Shown: positions 11,672 through 23,292 of the stretch, piece by piece | How the letters are laid out: every line of letters starts with the position of its first letter | Numbering within the stretch: the first letter of the stretch is position 1 | Origin: Octopus sinensis | Lineage: Eukaryota | Assembly (NCBI RefSeq): GCF_006345805.1 | Contig: NC_043012.1 | Coordinates: forward strand, 44,702,001-44,766,000 | DNA length: 64,000 nucleotides | Direction: 5' to 3' | Notes under the pieces: model-generated | The model's database searches: none | The model's input: only the letters and a program-made list of their open reading frames with translations | Told to the model about the DNA's origin: nothing | Program-made: the position numbers and the translations under genes

Positions 11672-12294
11672 TACACATATATATTCATATGTGTGAGGTA
11701 ATAAAAGAAAATAATACTCAACACATTTGGTTAGGCTTGCATTATTTAATAACAATGTAACACAGCTCAATAGTAGTCAAAATGTCATGGACGTGGGACA
11801 AGTCCATATCGTTAGCTTGATCAAACTATGGCTCTCTTGTAATTTCATCGCAGATCATATATCGAGAGAATCAAATTTCTAAAAAGTGCCCGAAACATTA
11901 GATACTTCTACTTTTCATAGCAAATCACTGACGCATCCACAATTTCCCTTGTGGATGCAGCTTTTTTGGCAGATCGCCATCACTGTGTGAGTTCGTGTGC
12001 TTATGTGGTGAGGTGGAGTATTCGAACACTTACGAGCGTTAAGTTCTGTTTTACTAATATCTAATATTCACACTCGAGATTTTGCATTGGACTATTTTTT
12101 CCCATTATTGGCTCATTTATTTTAATCCTAACAACACACGCACACACACAATCACACACGCCAAACACCTAATATATATATACGTCTATGTACGTATGTA
12201 TATACATATATACATACATATACATACATATACATACATACATGCATATATATATATATATAAACATATATGTGTATAAATATGTATTGATAAC

Positions 12295-12329
<35 letters not shown>

Positions 12330-12349
12330 GTCTGTCTGTCAATCAATCG

Positions 12350-13270
12350 ATGAAAAGTGTCCGCAATGAAGAGTTTATCGGGAAATCGTGAGTATACAGT
12401 TAACCTAGAGGATTTCACTCTTGCGTTTTGTTGGAGAGATATACATACAGCCCTATGCTTCAGAGGAACAAGAATATTTGTTGCCTCAGAAGGAGATATA
12501 CAGATCTGACAGCATGTTGGTTAATTCATAGTTGTAGTTTTGGTAACATGTTCGCATATGCTGATGGGTCAAGTTACTTTTCGGGGTTGTTAATATAAAT
12601 TTTGCAGAACTTCGAAGACAGTCTGTAATGACTGAAAGTTGAGTAGATTCTGGTCCTGAAAAAGAATCTGGAAATAGAGTCTAATTTCTGCTCTTAGCGT
12701 CGTGTGGTCTTCCAGAAAGATCATCGAATATGATGGAAGTTCTGCCGAATTGGTGACAGTTTCAAGTTATTCATGAGAACCAAAGAAGTATAAAGTTTAG
12801 TGAAGTTAATCAGATATATGCAATAAATGTGTTTTTGTGTTACAACACTAATACAGTTACTACACGTGTTGATTATTTTCATGTTCCTAAAAGCATGTTT
12901 TGAAAATCTTTCTTTGTAGATGTGAAACCTAATAGACACCCGGCGTCTAGACTGTGAATGAATGATGACTGTGTAGGAATATTTATAAGTTTGAAAGGTT
13001 GAATTATGTGGGTGGAAATATATGTGGTTAGAATCGACGAAAAAAATATTGTTTATGTATAAGAGAGAGAGGGTGTATTGGAGAGGATAAGAGAATAATG
13101 AGCTACACTAGAATTAATAGCGTTGAGGTCGAAAAACCCCGGCAAAAGCTTGTCTATTCACGCTACAAAGAAGCGGTATAATTGGAAAATTCCGATTCAA
13201 GGCACAATCTATAGATGGTATACAGCAATAATATTAGTTTCTCTGACGTTTTTAAAGATGAAAACATGAA
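12350..13270 (-). mobile_element. Possible highly decayed LINE APE-endonuclease region
   Basis: Manual translation gives NIIAVYHL..PGFFDLNA and FLEDHTTLRAEI, loosely like the GDFNA and SDH motifs; many stops. Confidence 0.3.
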
Positions 13271-15189
13271 TAGAGGACTTAAGAGAGCGAGTCTCTAATA
13301 AATCTTACTGTACAGAAATAATATTGGTTGGTGGTAACTGTGAAAAAAGAATGAATTTGGTAAAGAAGCGCAATAGATCAGTTGCTTGTTAGGTGTAAGA
13401 ACTGTCTTAGCAGAAGATGAGATTTACTGTAGACACATCCAGAAATATTTTTACAAGTTATGTGACGTCATGTATAATTAAACTAGATCGATGTATATTA
13501 AATCAGCATCACGTTCTTTAAATAACAAAATGTTTATAAAGTGTCAGTACCTAAATGAGAGAGCACTTGACAAGAATACTTGCCTGAAGAGAGTCTAAAT
13601 ACACTCAAACAGTAGTTTATTTCCTGATCACGTCTCATAAACTGAAATTTTGAAGCAACACAATTTTCACAGCAAGACTAAGTATGTTTACTGAACACTC
13701 AACAGTTTACGTTATGTGTTCTGTGGTGAAATTTATTATTAATTGCAATTGGTGAGAAACGACAATAATCGTTGTTTGTTTGTCTCCGATACCCTGCTGT
13801 ACTCTACTAGTGGGTAGTAAGATTGAGGGGAAAAAGGAGACAACGAGATAGGTGAGAGAGAAAAGAAAATATAGAAAGATAAAGTGAATGCAAGTCAAAG
13901 AGAAAGAATAGAAGTGAAGTAGAAAATGAAACGATGAATAAATGAAAAGTAATTTATTTGTGACCATGATAGCCCCACTCCCCATTTACGAGAATGGTAT
14001 TTGATGATTCGTGAATGAAAATAGTCATACTTCCCTTAGACAAGTTACAGGCTTTTTATGTAAAGGGAAATGGGGTAAACAGTTGATCCGAAACAATATA
14101 TACGTTCTTATTTGATTGATCCCGTAAAGATAAAAAGCAAAGTGAGATTTGAACGCCGAAATGTAATGCACCAGCTAAAGGATCGTAGACTATAATAAAA
14201 TTCTGCATTCTATCATTTATGTCAGTTCTATGTCCCCTGTGATTAAGAGTTCTAACGAGTTCGTTTGGTCAGAAAAAGGATGCTTTTTGTAAAGGGATGG
14301 AATACAGTGTATCAAATCACCCGCAATAGCTCACACTATTTCAACTGTGTTAATAATCTGATTTTAATAAAACGATAATAATGAGTATGAAAATTGATTC
14401 TATATTTTGTGTATTAGTATTGTTAAGTTCTCACGAGAGGTTTCACTAAGGATCTCCCTTGTTAATACAAGAATGCAATTAAACTCTACAATAGAGTAGT
14501 TTTTCATTTTCTGGTCTCACGTAAAATGACGATGACAACTCAATTACGACTGAATTTAATTTCGACTTTTATATTTATTTTTTCATTGATTTTCTTGAAA
14601 TCAGTTTTGATATAATCGCCATTAATTTTAATAGATATGTAACCCTAGAGTGGTTTCATAGATTTTAAAGATTTAAACATATTTTCTCTAAAAATGCCAT
14701 CACATCTTGTTACAGTATAGCTAATACTTTTCGTTGCTTGGTATATTTCTCCTTCGTCAGTGTTCATTACTTTTCTTAGACATTAAATAAATCAGTTGGG
14801 GGTTTCTATATCTGATATCCTTGAAAATTAGTGGTATTTTATTTAGCTCTCAGTTACTTTGTGTTAGACCTTTACACTGCAAGATTTTTATATTAATTTT
14901 TTATTCTTTCATAACAATCTCACGTGAATTTCCTTGTTTTGAACAGTGTTAATTGGGAGGAGGATGAGTGAAAATTTTTATTCACTGTTTCACTGCAGGC
15001 CCAACAACCATTTTAATAATGAAGTATGTTTTAAAAGTCTAAACTGTAATAACTCTCATTTCTCAATACTTAAACTAAAGATACTTTTACAATTCAAAGA
15101 GATGTTTCAATAATGAGCGTTTTGATCTCATATGTCTTAGTTGTAGATTAAATTCCTTATTTTAAAAACTATGATCTGTGTAGAAAATT

Positions 15190-15390
15190 GGTACTAGCAC
15201 AAAACCATTGTGAGATGTATGGCCTTGTTAAATGCAAGTAGCTCTGAACTCCACATTTTCCGGAGTCTGCAGAAGTACACTTTTGATATTCTGGCTCTAG
15301 TCACGGCACCAACGTATGCAACATTCTCATCCATTCCGATCATTTGAGATAATGTAGTTTTCATCATAGATGGAGATAGACAAACCATTA
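15190..15390 (-). mobile_element. R4/Dong-type RT thumb fragment
   Basis: IGMDENVAYVGAVTRARISKVYFCRLRKMWSSELLAFNK resembles the RT C-terminus seen at 18030-18422. Confidence 0.65.
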
Positions 15391-15394
15391 ATGT

Positions 15395-15700
15395 ACATTA
15401 TTCACATTTGACAGATATTTGTCCTCATCTTGTTTGTTGTTAACACAAAGTTTCGGCTTTCATTAGGTGCCTTGGGGAATTTCCCAAACCACGAAAGTCG
15501 GCTTGTGATATACGGATGTCCTGAATCCATACTTGGTACAAGTTATTAATACCCAGGCTCGAAATTTCCCCAAGACACCTGGTGAAGGCTGGAGGGTATA
15601 TCAGCTGAAACGTTAAGTTAATAACAAACAAGATGAGGACAACTATCCGTCAATTGTAAATAATGTTAATAATTCCTCATCTCTTAAATATAGAACTGCA
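15395..15700. mobile_element. Head-to-head pair of a hammerhead-tail repeat (both hammerheads decayed)
   Basis: Plus copy GAAATTTCCCCAAGACAC-CTGGTGA-AGGCTG..CAGCTGAAACGTT..ACAAACAAGATGAGGAC (15561-15700); minus copy with stem-II deletion at 15395-15483; same family as 17895-18042. Confidence 0.8.
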
Positions 15701-16184
15701 TTAATGCACATGTTCTCTTACATCCTGTAGTGAGCTCCAGTTCGGGAATTCTGGAGTTGTTGGAAGCTTGGAGTCATCCCTTAATTACCATTACTCCAGG
15801 TCAATTCAGACTCCGAACGATAGTACCTGTTAGGGTCCAGTCTATGGGTTAAATAAATTCCCAAGCGATAAACGAAGTTCCCGTTATTTTTGAGAACGCC
15901 GTAGGGAAGGCAGCTCTTCATGGCAAAAATTACTCTAGCATAAAACTAGTTGCCGAATGTAATGCTTGTCACTAGAATCCACTATGACGATTGAAGGAGT
16001 GTCAAAAGTGTTGTACATGCTTTTGTCACTTAAATCCAATGACGTATAGATGTCTCACCGTGATGTGAGACGGCTATCATCTGACAAGATGAGGCACTCC
16101 TCATGTATGTATGTATGTATGTATGTATGTATGTATGTATGTATGTATGTATGTATGTATGTATGTATGTATGTATGTATGTCT

Positions 16185-16690
16185 CTTCTATCTTTTTTAA
16201 TTATTATAAATCTTCCGCTGAGGATCTGTTTCCAACAAAAATACACGGCTCCACCTTTGGGATGTAGTTAACACAGACAAATTCACATTTGGAACTTGAG
16301 AAAAGTCTTGCATATTTTTACTGTTCCACTCGCACATTGCACATGTAATGTACGAATTAGCCGGTCGATTTCTCTTTCTGAAAATCCCAGTTTATCCAGA
16401 TTCTACCTTAATCCTTTACTTACTAAACCTAGTGCTCCAAATAGTATTGGTATGAACATGAATTCATTGTCTGGATATAGAAACTGGAGGTTTCGAAGCA
16501 GTTGTCCATAGATGTCCTCTTTTTCTTTGATTTTCAGAGATATTTATATCTGCAGGACAGCTGACCTCAATGATAGTACATACCTTTGTTCCCCTGTCCC
16601 AAACAACAATATCGGGCGTGTTATGTTTATATTTGACAGAAGTTTTGACTGGAATATTTCACCAATATTCCTTGAGTTGGTGTTTTTGTA
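16185..16690 (-). mobile_element. R4-type RLE domain and 3' UTR embedded in (TATG)n
   Basis: Manual translation: KIKEKEDIYGQLLRNLQFLYPDNEFMFIPILFGALGLV..SGTVKICKTFLKF; the 3' UTR matches 39843-39935. Confidence 0.8.
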
Positions 16691-16814
16691 TGCATGCATG
16701 TATACATGTATGTATGCATGCATGTATACATGTATGTATGCATGTATGTAGTATGTATGTATGTATGTATGTATGTATGCATGTATGTATGTATGTATGT
16801 ATTTATGTATATGT

Positions 16815-16923
16815 ATCGTCGGCAGTTCTGTACATATATGTATGTGTGATCAGTGATCCTGTATATATGTATGTGTGTGGTCAGTAGTTCAGTATATATG
16901 TATGTGTGTGGTTAGTAGCCCTG

Positions 16924-17001
<78 letters not shown>

Positions 17002-17125
17002 ATGTGTGGCCAGTAGTGCCGTACATATATGTATGTGTAAAGTCGGTGGTCTTGTGTATATGTATGTGTGTGGTCAGTAATCCTGTATACATGTATGTGT
17101 GTGGTCAGTAGTTTTGTATATCAGT
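16815..17125 (+). repeat. ~31-bp degenerate minisatellite
   Basis: About 7 units of GTATATATGTATGTGTGTGGTCAGTAGTYCT, one with a (TA)n expansion. Confidence 0.8.
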
Positions 17126-17448
17126 AGTTAACAGCGATATTATTAAAAACACTCAGGAATAGTAGAATAGCAAGTATAATAACTAAGAGAAAAAACAAGC
17201 AAAAAAGAAAAACAAGCATTACAACAATCTAGAAAACACTAATGACCAAAACCGCGATTCCACTTTGAATAGAAACCAGACAATGAAATGTGAAACCACG
17301 AAAGTGGAAAATTGTTCAACAAAACTAATTGTATTATATGTAGAATCATGTTCATCTTTTTTCTTTTTTCTGAAATGTCTTGTACTTCTAGGATTGGAAT
17401 ATTATTTGTATGGAACAATTTTGGGTGAAAAAAATGAAATGACCATTA

Positions 17449-17497
<49 letters not shown>

Positions 17498-17498
<1 letters not shown>

Positions 17499-17730
17499 GC
17501 GAGTTGGCAGAAACGTTAGCACGCCGGGTGAAATGCTTAGCGGTATTTCGTCTGCCGTTACGTTTTGAGTTCAAATTCCGCCGAGTCAACTTTGCCTTTC
17601 ATCTTTTCGGGGTCGATTAAATAAGTACCAGTTACGCGCTGGAGTCGATATAATCGACTTAATCCGTTTGTCTGTCCTTGTTTGTCCCCTCTGTGTTTAG
17701 CTCCTTGTGGACAGTAAAGAAATAGGTATT
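17498..17730 (+). mobile_element. tRNA-derived SINE family A (tail type 1)
   Basis: GCGAGTTGGCAGAAACGTTAGCACGCCGGG..GAGTTCAAATTCCGCCGAG (B box)..GCCTTTCATC..GGGGTCGAT..AAGTACCAG; more than 10 copies in the window. Confidence 0.9.
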
Positions 17731-17732
17731 TG

Positions 17733-18042
17733 TCTTAACCACTATGCCATATACCCACGGGCATATGGCATAGTGGTTAAGAGCGCGGGCTACTAACCCC
17801 AAGATTCCGAGTTCGATTCCAGGCAGTGACCTGAACAACAACAACAATTATAATAATAATAGCATCGAAAACTACCTTAGGAATGAGAACCCACGTTCGA
17901 AATTTCCCCAAGACACCTGAAGAAGGCTGGAGGGTATATCAGCCGAAACTTTGTGTTAACAACAAACAAGGTGAGGACAAATATCATCAAATGTAAATAA
18001 TGTAAATACTGAACATAATTCCTCATCTCTTAAATATAGAAC
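17733..18042 (+). mobile_element. tRNA-like Pol III head + (AAC/AAT)n + hammerhead-bearing tail, preceded by an inverted copy of its own 5' end
   Basis: A box TGGCATAGTGG (17766-17776), B box GAGTTCGATTCC (17809-17820), hammerhead-like 17912-17957, 20-bp perfect hairpin arms 17733-17752 and 17763-17782. Confidence 0.7.
17912..17957 (+). ncRNA. Minimal hammerhead-like motif (stem III mutated)
   Basis: GACAC-CTGAAGA-A-GGCTG(GAGGGTATAT)CAGCC-GAAA-CTTT-GTGTT. The sister copy at 15608 has GAAACGTT, implying an ancestral ACGU palindromic stem III; there is an extra A after the core. Confidence 0.55.
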
Positions 18043-18430
18043 AGCTTTTTGTTTTGTTCGTGTTTTGTGGCTATTAGTTTTCCTTGCTTCTGAAGTAGGT
18101 ATTTTTGTTGTCCTATGGTGGTTATTTTGTAATAGTTTTGTAGTTGTATAAGGCCTCTACTATCTTCGATGATACGTTGTATGTCAGATTTTGAGCGGTG
18201 CATGCTAAATAGTATCATTATTTTTCTTGTTTTTCTATCTATTTTGATTGGTTCATTTAGAGTCCTGTTAAGAATATTGTATCTGTAACTTATAAATAGG
18301 ACGGCTAGAGTGTTGATAACTATTATCTTGTTTTTCGCATTGAGCTCTATTTTCAGTATTAATCTAACTCGTGCATAGTATTCTTTTCTTATCTTCTCTT
18401 TCATTTGTGTGCGTTGTATCATATGTAGTT
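18043..18430 (-). mobile_element. R4/Dong RT thumb fragment
   Basis: KEKIRKEYYARVRLILKIELNAKNKIIVINTLAV..KIDRKTRK..GLIQL. Confidence 0.85.
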
Positions 18431-18445
18431 CATTGATTCCAAAGC

Positions 18446-18453
18446 ATTATTAT

Positions 18454-18536
<83 letters not shown>

Positions 18537-18790
18537 TTATTATTGCCTTTGCACAGCTTCTAACGCTGGAGATGTACTACGGTGTCAGCTGTTCACTACC
18601 AGTGAACTAAGGTAACACCTCTTATTTTTCGAGCACCTTCCGGAGTATTCGAGCGGTTCCAAGCAGTGCTGTTTTCTGCAAGTGCTCCACCCTTATTGCA
18701 ACCCCTATATGTTCCATGTACTTCTCGAGGTTTTTACTTACTGTTTCCAGGGCTCCGACAATTATTGGTACCACTTTCGAGGTCGATAAA
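18446..18790 (-). mobile_element. R4/Dong 3' end with TAA/TAG repeat tail
   Basis: VVPIIVGALETVSKNLEKY..LQKTALLGTARILRKVLEK*, short 3' UTR, then (TAA)(TAG)n at 18446-18545. Confidence 0.85.
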
Positions 18791-18999
18791 ATAAATTGGT
18801 AGTTGAGCACTGGGGCCAATGTAATTGACTTCTCCCTAGCATAAAAAATTGCTGCTCTTGTGCAAAAATCAGAAATAATTATTTCAATAAATGTACAACT
18901 GAGTTCAACTTTGAATGCATTGGGTTCGGGAAGTGTTTGTGTCTTTCTATTGTATTGAAAATATATGTAATATGTGTGCATATTCTAACATTCAACAAG

Positions 19000-19720
19000 G
19001 CACCTATCCTTATAGGAATTGTTTCCTATGGGATAATTTGTCTTTTTCTTTTAGTTATATATTATAGTCTGTTGGAACTATTATTTCAATTAGTGGGCAT
19101 TTTCTTTGCTAGTAAGCCTAGTTCTGGTTGTCTGATTGGATTGAAATATCTTTAAGTATGATTGCCCTGTCCTTATTTGACACCGTTTCTTGATTATGGG
19201 ATATACCACTCAATTCTGCTGTTATAACACTGATTTAATAGCCACCATATTAAAATTCCTTTGTCCTGCACGTAAGTGTATTTTTCTTTAGTTACAACTG
19301 GACTGCCTGAGACAACGTGTATAATTGTTTCTCTCTAACCTTTCGATATTCTGCAGTTTCTAAATGTATATGTGTCCATTATATAAGTTTGTTCCTGGTG
19401 GGAAAAATTTGGTCCCGTGCAACAGTAAAAAAAAATCCTTTCCGTTTCAACTTTGAGTGTTGCACTTTTTAGAAAATGTTGAGAATTTCTTTTGTTTATT
19501 CTCTACCTCACTGTCCAACCCAGAAACATTTCCAAGTTGACATAGGTATTAGCCATATAGTGGCTTTTCCTACTACAGAGATAGTATGACATCCACTAAC
19601 CCTATTTTAAGCTCAATGTTTTGTTCCACTTCACTATTTCTGCTGTTGCCTTTCTCTCAGTAACTCTGTTTTCCCTTTTCCAACCTCTATTTTACATTAT
19701 TTTCTTGGCTTCGTGAAAAG
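19000..19720 (-). mobile_element. R4/Dong post-RT and CCHC zinc-finger relic
   Basis: Manual translation: EKPLYG..; KVETE-GF..VARDQIFPTRN; CRISKG*RETIIHVVSG. Confidence 0.7.
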
Positions 19721-20010
19721 AAGAAAGTGGTTATTTTGTTTTGCAGCTATTTTTATTGGTTTCCATTTTTATTTATAAGATATTTTTGTAGTTCTAAAAT
19801 AGATATTTTGAAATATATTTCTATTTGCAACAGGCTCTGACACCCTATATTTGTGATGAATATATTTCTGTTTTAGATCTTTTGGCGATGTATTCTAAAT
19901 AATATATTTATTTTTACCTTCTGGAGTGAGAGTCGATAAAATAAAGATTCCATGGGTGATAATCTTCGTACTGGTGTGTGTATTTTGAACAACCTTTTAT
20001 TCAAAATAAA

Positions 20011-20271
20011 TCTTTATATATAAAAGTGAAGTTGTGTGTCTGTCGCCTACTTCCTAACTACTCCCACATTTTGCGGTGCAGTTTAACCAAAAGCGGGTAT
20101 CTTATAGTCGTGATTCATATCGAGCCCTTCTGGGTATTAGCGCGCGTCTACGATGAGTCTACGATTAAAAAAAAAAATTACCATCATTCTTTCCCATTTT
20201 TAATGCATTTTTTGCTATTATATAAGGGAAGTAACTCTCTAAAAATGTTTATATAGTTATTTCCCTGCTAG
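20011..20271 (+). mobile_element. Putative non-autonomous Helitron-like element
   Basis: A|TCTTTATATATAAAA...CTGCTAG|T: starts TC, ends CTAG, inserted between A and T; no clear subterminal hairpin found. Confidence 0.4.
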
Positions 20272-20869
20272 TGATAAATAATTTCCGAAAATTCTTGATC
20301 TGAAAATCTAGTCATACAAAAGGTTGCTGGTGTGAAATAATCCCTAGAGGAAGAATAGAACCCTCAATCATATATGTTCAAGATGCATGGAGAAAAAGAG
20401 GGATCATTCTCCCTAAATTCTTTCAGTATTCACCTACCATTAAGTAGTGAAGTTATTTCGAACAGTTGTTGCAAGGACGGATCCAACATTAAAGCACTTG
20501 GAAAATTCCTTCCACCTATTCACGTGGTAAAGAGAAGCAACTTGTTTTTCTCAGATCGGTCACTCTGGTGAAAGAGGCTTATGAAGGAACGATGTTTAAA
20601 AGACTGCTAAAAAATTGTTTGTTTGCTGGCAGCCTCTCAGTTATGCATAATTGATTTTATTATATTGTTTATGACTATGACACTGAATAGTTATATAGAT
20701 TGTTACTTTGATTTATTATATCGCGCCTGGAATCTCTGTTCTGTATGGGTATTACAGAAGCAATCTTTCAAGAGATGAAAAATAAAAAGCAAGCTATTCA
20801 CGATATTCGTTCAGAATTTTGCTTGGTTACATATTTATCACAATCGTTTGCTCTATTAGGTCTCAGCTG

Positions 20870-21114
20870 TGTTATGTCTCGTCAACACTGTTATGTCCTT
20901 TTTTGAACTGTATATGCCACTTTATATTGTGGACAAATATAAATCAGAAATAACACGTCACAAACAATATCTCGTCTCAACGACTTCTACGACTGTCTTC
21001 ACAAAGCGCCTGCACACACTACACCGCCCCTCACTGACAGTGCGCATGCGCTTTTATACGGTTTAGGACAGTTGACTTGCTATCCCACAGGGGTGTCAGG
21101 ATTTCACCACAACA
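20870..21114 (-). repeat. 3' LTR of the Gypsy element
   Basis: Minus strand begins TGTTGTG immediately after the PPT AAAAAGGGAGA (21115-21125) and ends CATAACA at 20889 or 20870. Confidence 0.75.
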
Positions 21115-22391
21115 TCTCCCCTTTTTGCGTTTGACTTTCGTTGAAAGACAATATTTTTCTTTTAATTATTATCTTCATTACCATTTCTCCCCACTTTCTT
21201 TTTTTTTCAATTCCTCATGAAGAAATTGGAACATTTCTTTCGTTTTGGATCTTCTTGCAAAAATTCTGTTTGATTTCTTTTCCTAGTCGTTGGTTCGATT
21301 ATTTCTTAAGGTACCAGGACGTCAAAAATGTCATAAAGAAAATCCATTGACTCTTCATATCTTATTCTTTCTTCCGTAAATCTTTTATTTTTAGTTGGTT
21401 TAGGTGTCGCTTGTGTTCCCACATATGAACTTTTACCATGTACGTTATTTTTCCTAAGCGTTTACTTATTATACTTCTTCACAACTTTCCTTTCTGTTTC
21501 TATATATTCAAAGAAAAAACAACCTTGTCACCGATTTTGAAGTATTTCATCGTTTCTTCAATGTTTCTCTCCACTTTCTTTCCGGTAGTAATTTGTCAAA
21601 CACTGACCTGACTTGGCGACATACCTGATGTGCTGTTGGGGTTAGGTGTTATTCGGTAGACACTTAAGAATTGCGTCTTACTTGTACTTGTGGCGACATT
21701 CACCCTGGGCGGGTTGAGTGGGCTTCTTCCACCACCCTCGAGGCATTGTACTCGCCCTTGAGAATTCATGGAAGAAGTTTCGCGGGAATATGTGGATTTG
21801 ACAAGCGGTCCCCAACAATCCCGCATGTAGAGACATCCTGTTTGCCGCAGATTGTCCGCAGACGCAGGGGCAGGACGACCGAGGAGCCGCCGGTTGCCGA
21901 AACAGACACTCCGAGGATTTTCACCAGAGCCCCGTCTACCGAGTTGTGGCCCTAATACCACTCGGTGTCAGACCAATCCGCCTTAGGTGGCCCTACCAGG
22001 AACCGAAGTTCCTGACGGCATAGCTCTGTCACTACCCGTTACCAGCGTCCCCACCACGGTGAGGAGGGGATGGACTTTGGAGACGCAAGAATTGCGTCAA
22101 TGCAGTGTCAGCTAGATTTTTCAGCACCCTTTTAAACGTGTCTACGAAACATTCCGTTGTCCATTCGATCTCGGATGGTATGGCGAGTAGTAATATACTC
22201 CACTGCATGCATTGCGCAAAAGTTTTTAAATTCCTTTAACGTGAACTGTGTTCCGTTATCAGACACTACAGTGTCTGGGACGCCATATCGTGCAAAAAGT
22301 TGGTCCAGAAATGCTATCGTTACTTTGGAGGTTAGCTTCCCACATATTTCCGGCCATTTCGTGTAACTATCCACGACTATTAGATAATATC

Positions 22392-22625
22392 TATTTCTTT
22401 ATTACCCACAAGGGGCTAAACATAGAGGGGACAAACAAGGACAGACATAGGTATTAAGTAGATTACATCGACCCCAGTGCGTAACTGGTACTTAATTTAT
22501 CGACCCCGAAAGGATGAAAGGCAAAGTCGACCTCGGCGGAATTTGAACCCACAACGTAACGATAGATGAAATACGGCTACGCATTTCGCCCGACGTGCTA
22601 ACGTTTCTGCCAGCTCGCCGCCTTG
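22392..22625 (-). mobile_element. Full-length SINE family A inserted in the Gypsy integrase, 9-bp TSD
   Basis: TSD GATAATATC at 22383-22391 and 22626-22634. Confidence 0.92.
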
Positions 22626-22913
22626 GATAATATCACCCATCTAACGGTCTTCACCAATGTACAATCAGTGTTGGGCCAAGATTGAATTTTTACAGGTGGT
22701 GCCTTTGCTGCCAGGGCTCAACCATTGCAGGCTTTCACCAATTCTTTAATATCCTGATCCATATTCAGCCAGTATACATAGATTCTCATCAATGCGTTCA
22801 TTCTCGCAATTCTTGGCTGTCCCATGTGGAATTCTTTCAACAGACGGTTTTGCAAAAAACAAGCATTACAACCCTCTGAGCGTACATAAGTATGTCGTCA
22901 TATATCGAATACC

Positions 22914-23292
22914 TATTTCTTTACTACCCACAAGGGGCTAAACACAGAGAGGACAAACAAGGACAGACAAACGGATTAAGTCGATTATATCGACTGCAGT
23001 GCATAACTGGTACTTAATTTATCGATCCCGAAAGGATGAAAGGCAAAGTCGACCGCGTCGGAATTTGAACTCAGAACGTAGCGGCAGACTATAAACCCCC
23101 TGTTTCTTTATTACCCACAAGGGGCTAAACACAGGGGACAAACAAGGACAAACAGACGGATTAAGTCGATTATATCGACCCCAGTGCGCAACTGGTACTT
23201 AATTTATCGACCCCTAAAGGGTAAAAGGCAAAGTCGACCATACCGCTCAGCATTTCGCCCGACGTGCTAACGTTTCTGCCAGCTCGACGCCT
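22914..23292 (-). mobile_element. Rearranged dimeric SINE family A, 16-bp TSD
   Basis: TSD TCATATATCGAATACC at 22898-22913 and 23293-23308; order is A-box head, body-tail, B-box, body-tail. Confidence 0.9.

Noticed and set aside
16815-17125. Regularly spaced ~31-bp repeats resembling a CRISPR array
   Set aside because: No unique spacers, microsatellite-derived units, eukaryotic context and no cas genes.
17760-17832. Possible tRNA-Ser(ACT) gene
   Set aside because: No proper acceptor stem, imperfect anticodon stem and no T-run terminator; treated as a SINE-type head.
20330-20600. Possible hAT transposase C-terminal remnant
   Set aside because: Similarity is too weak and too interrupted by stops to support.
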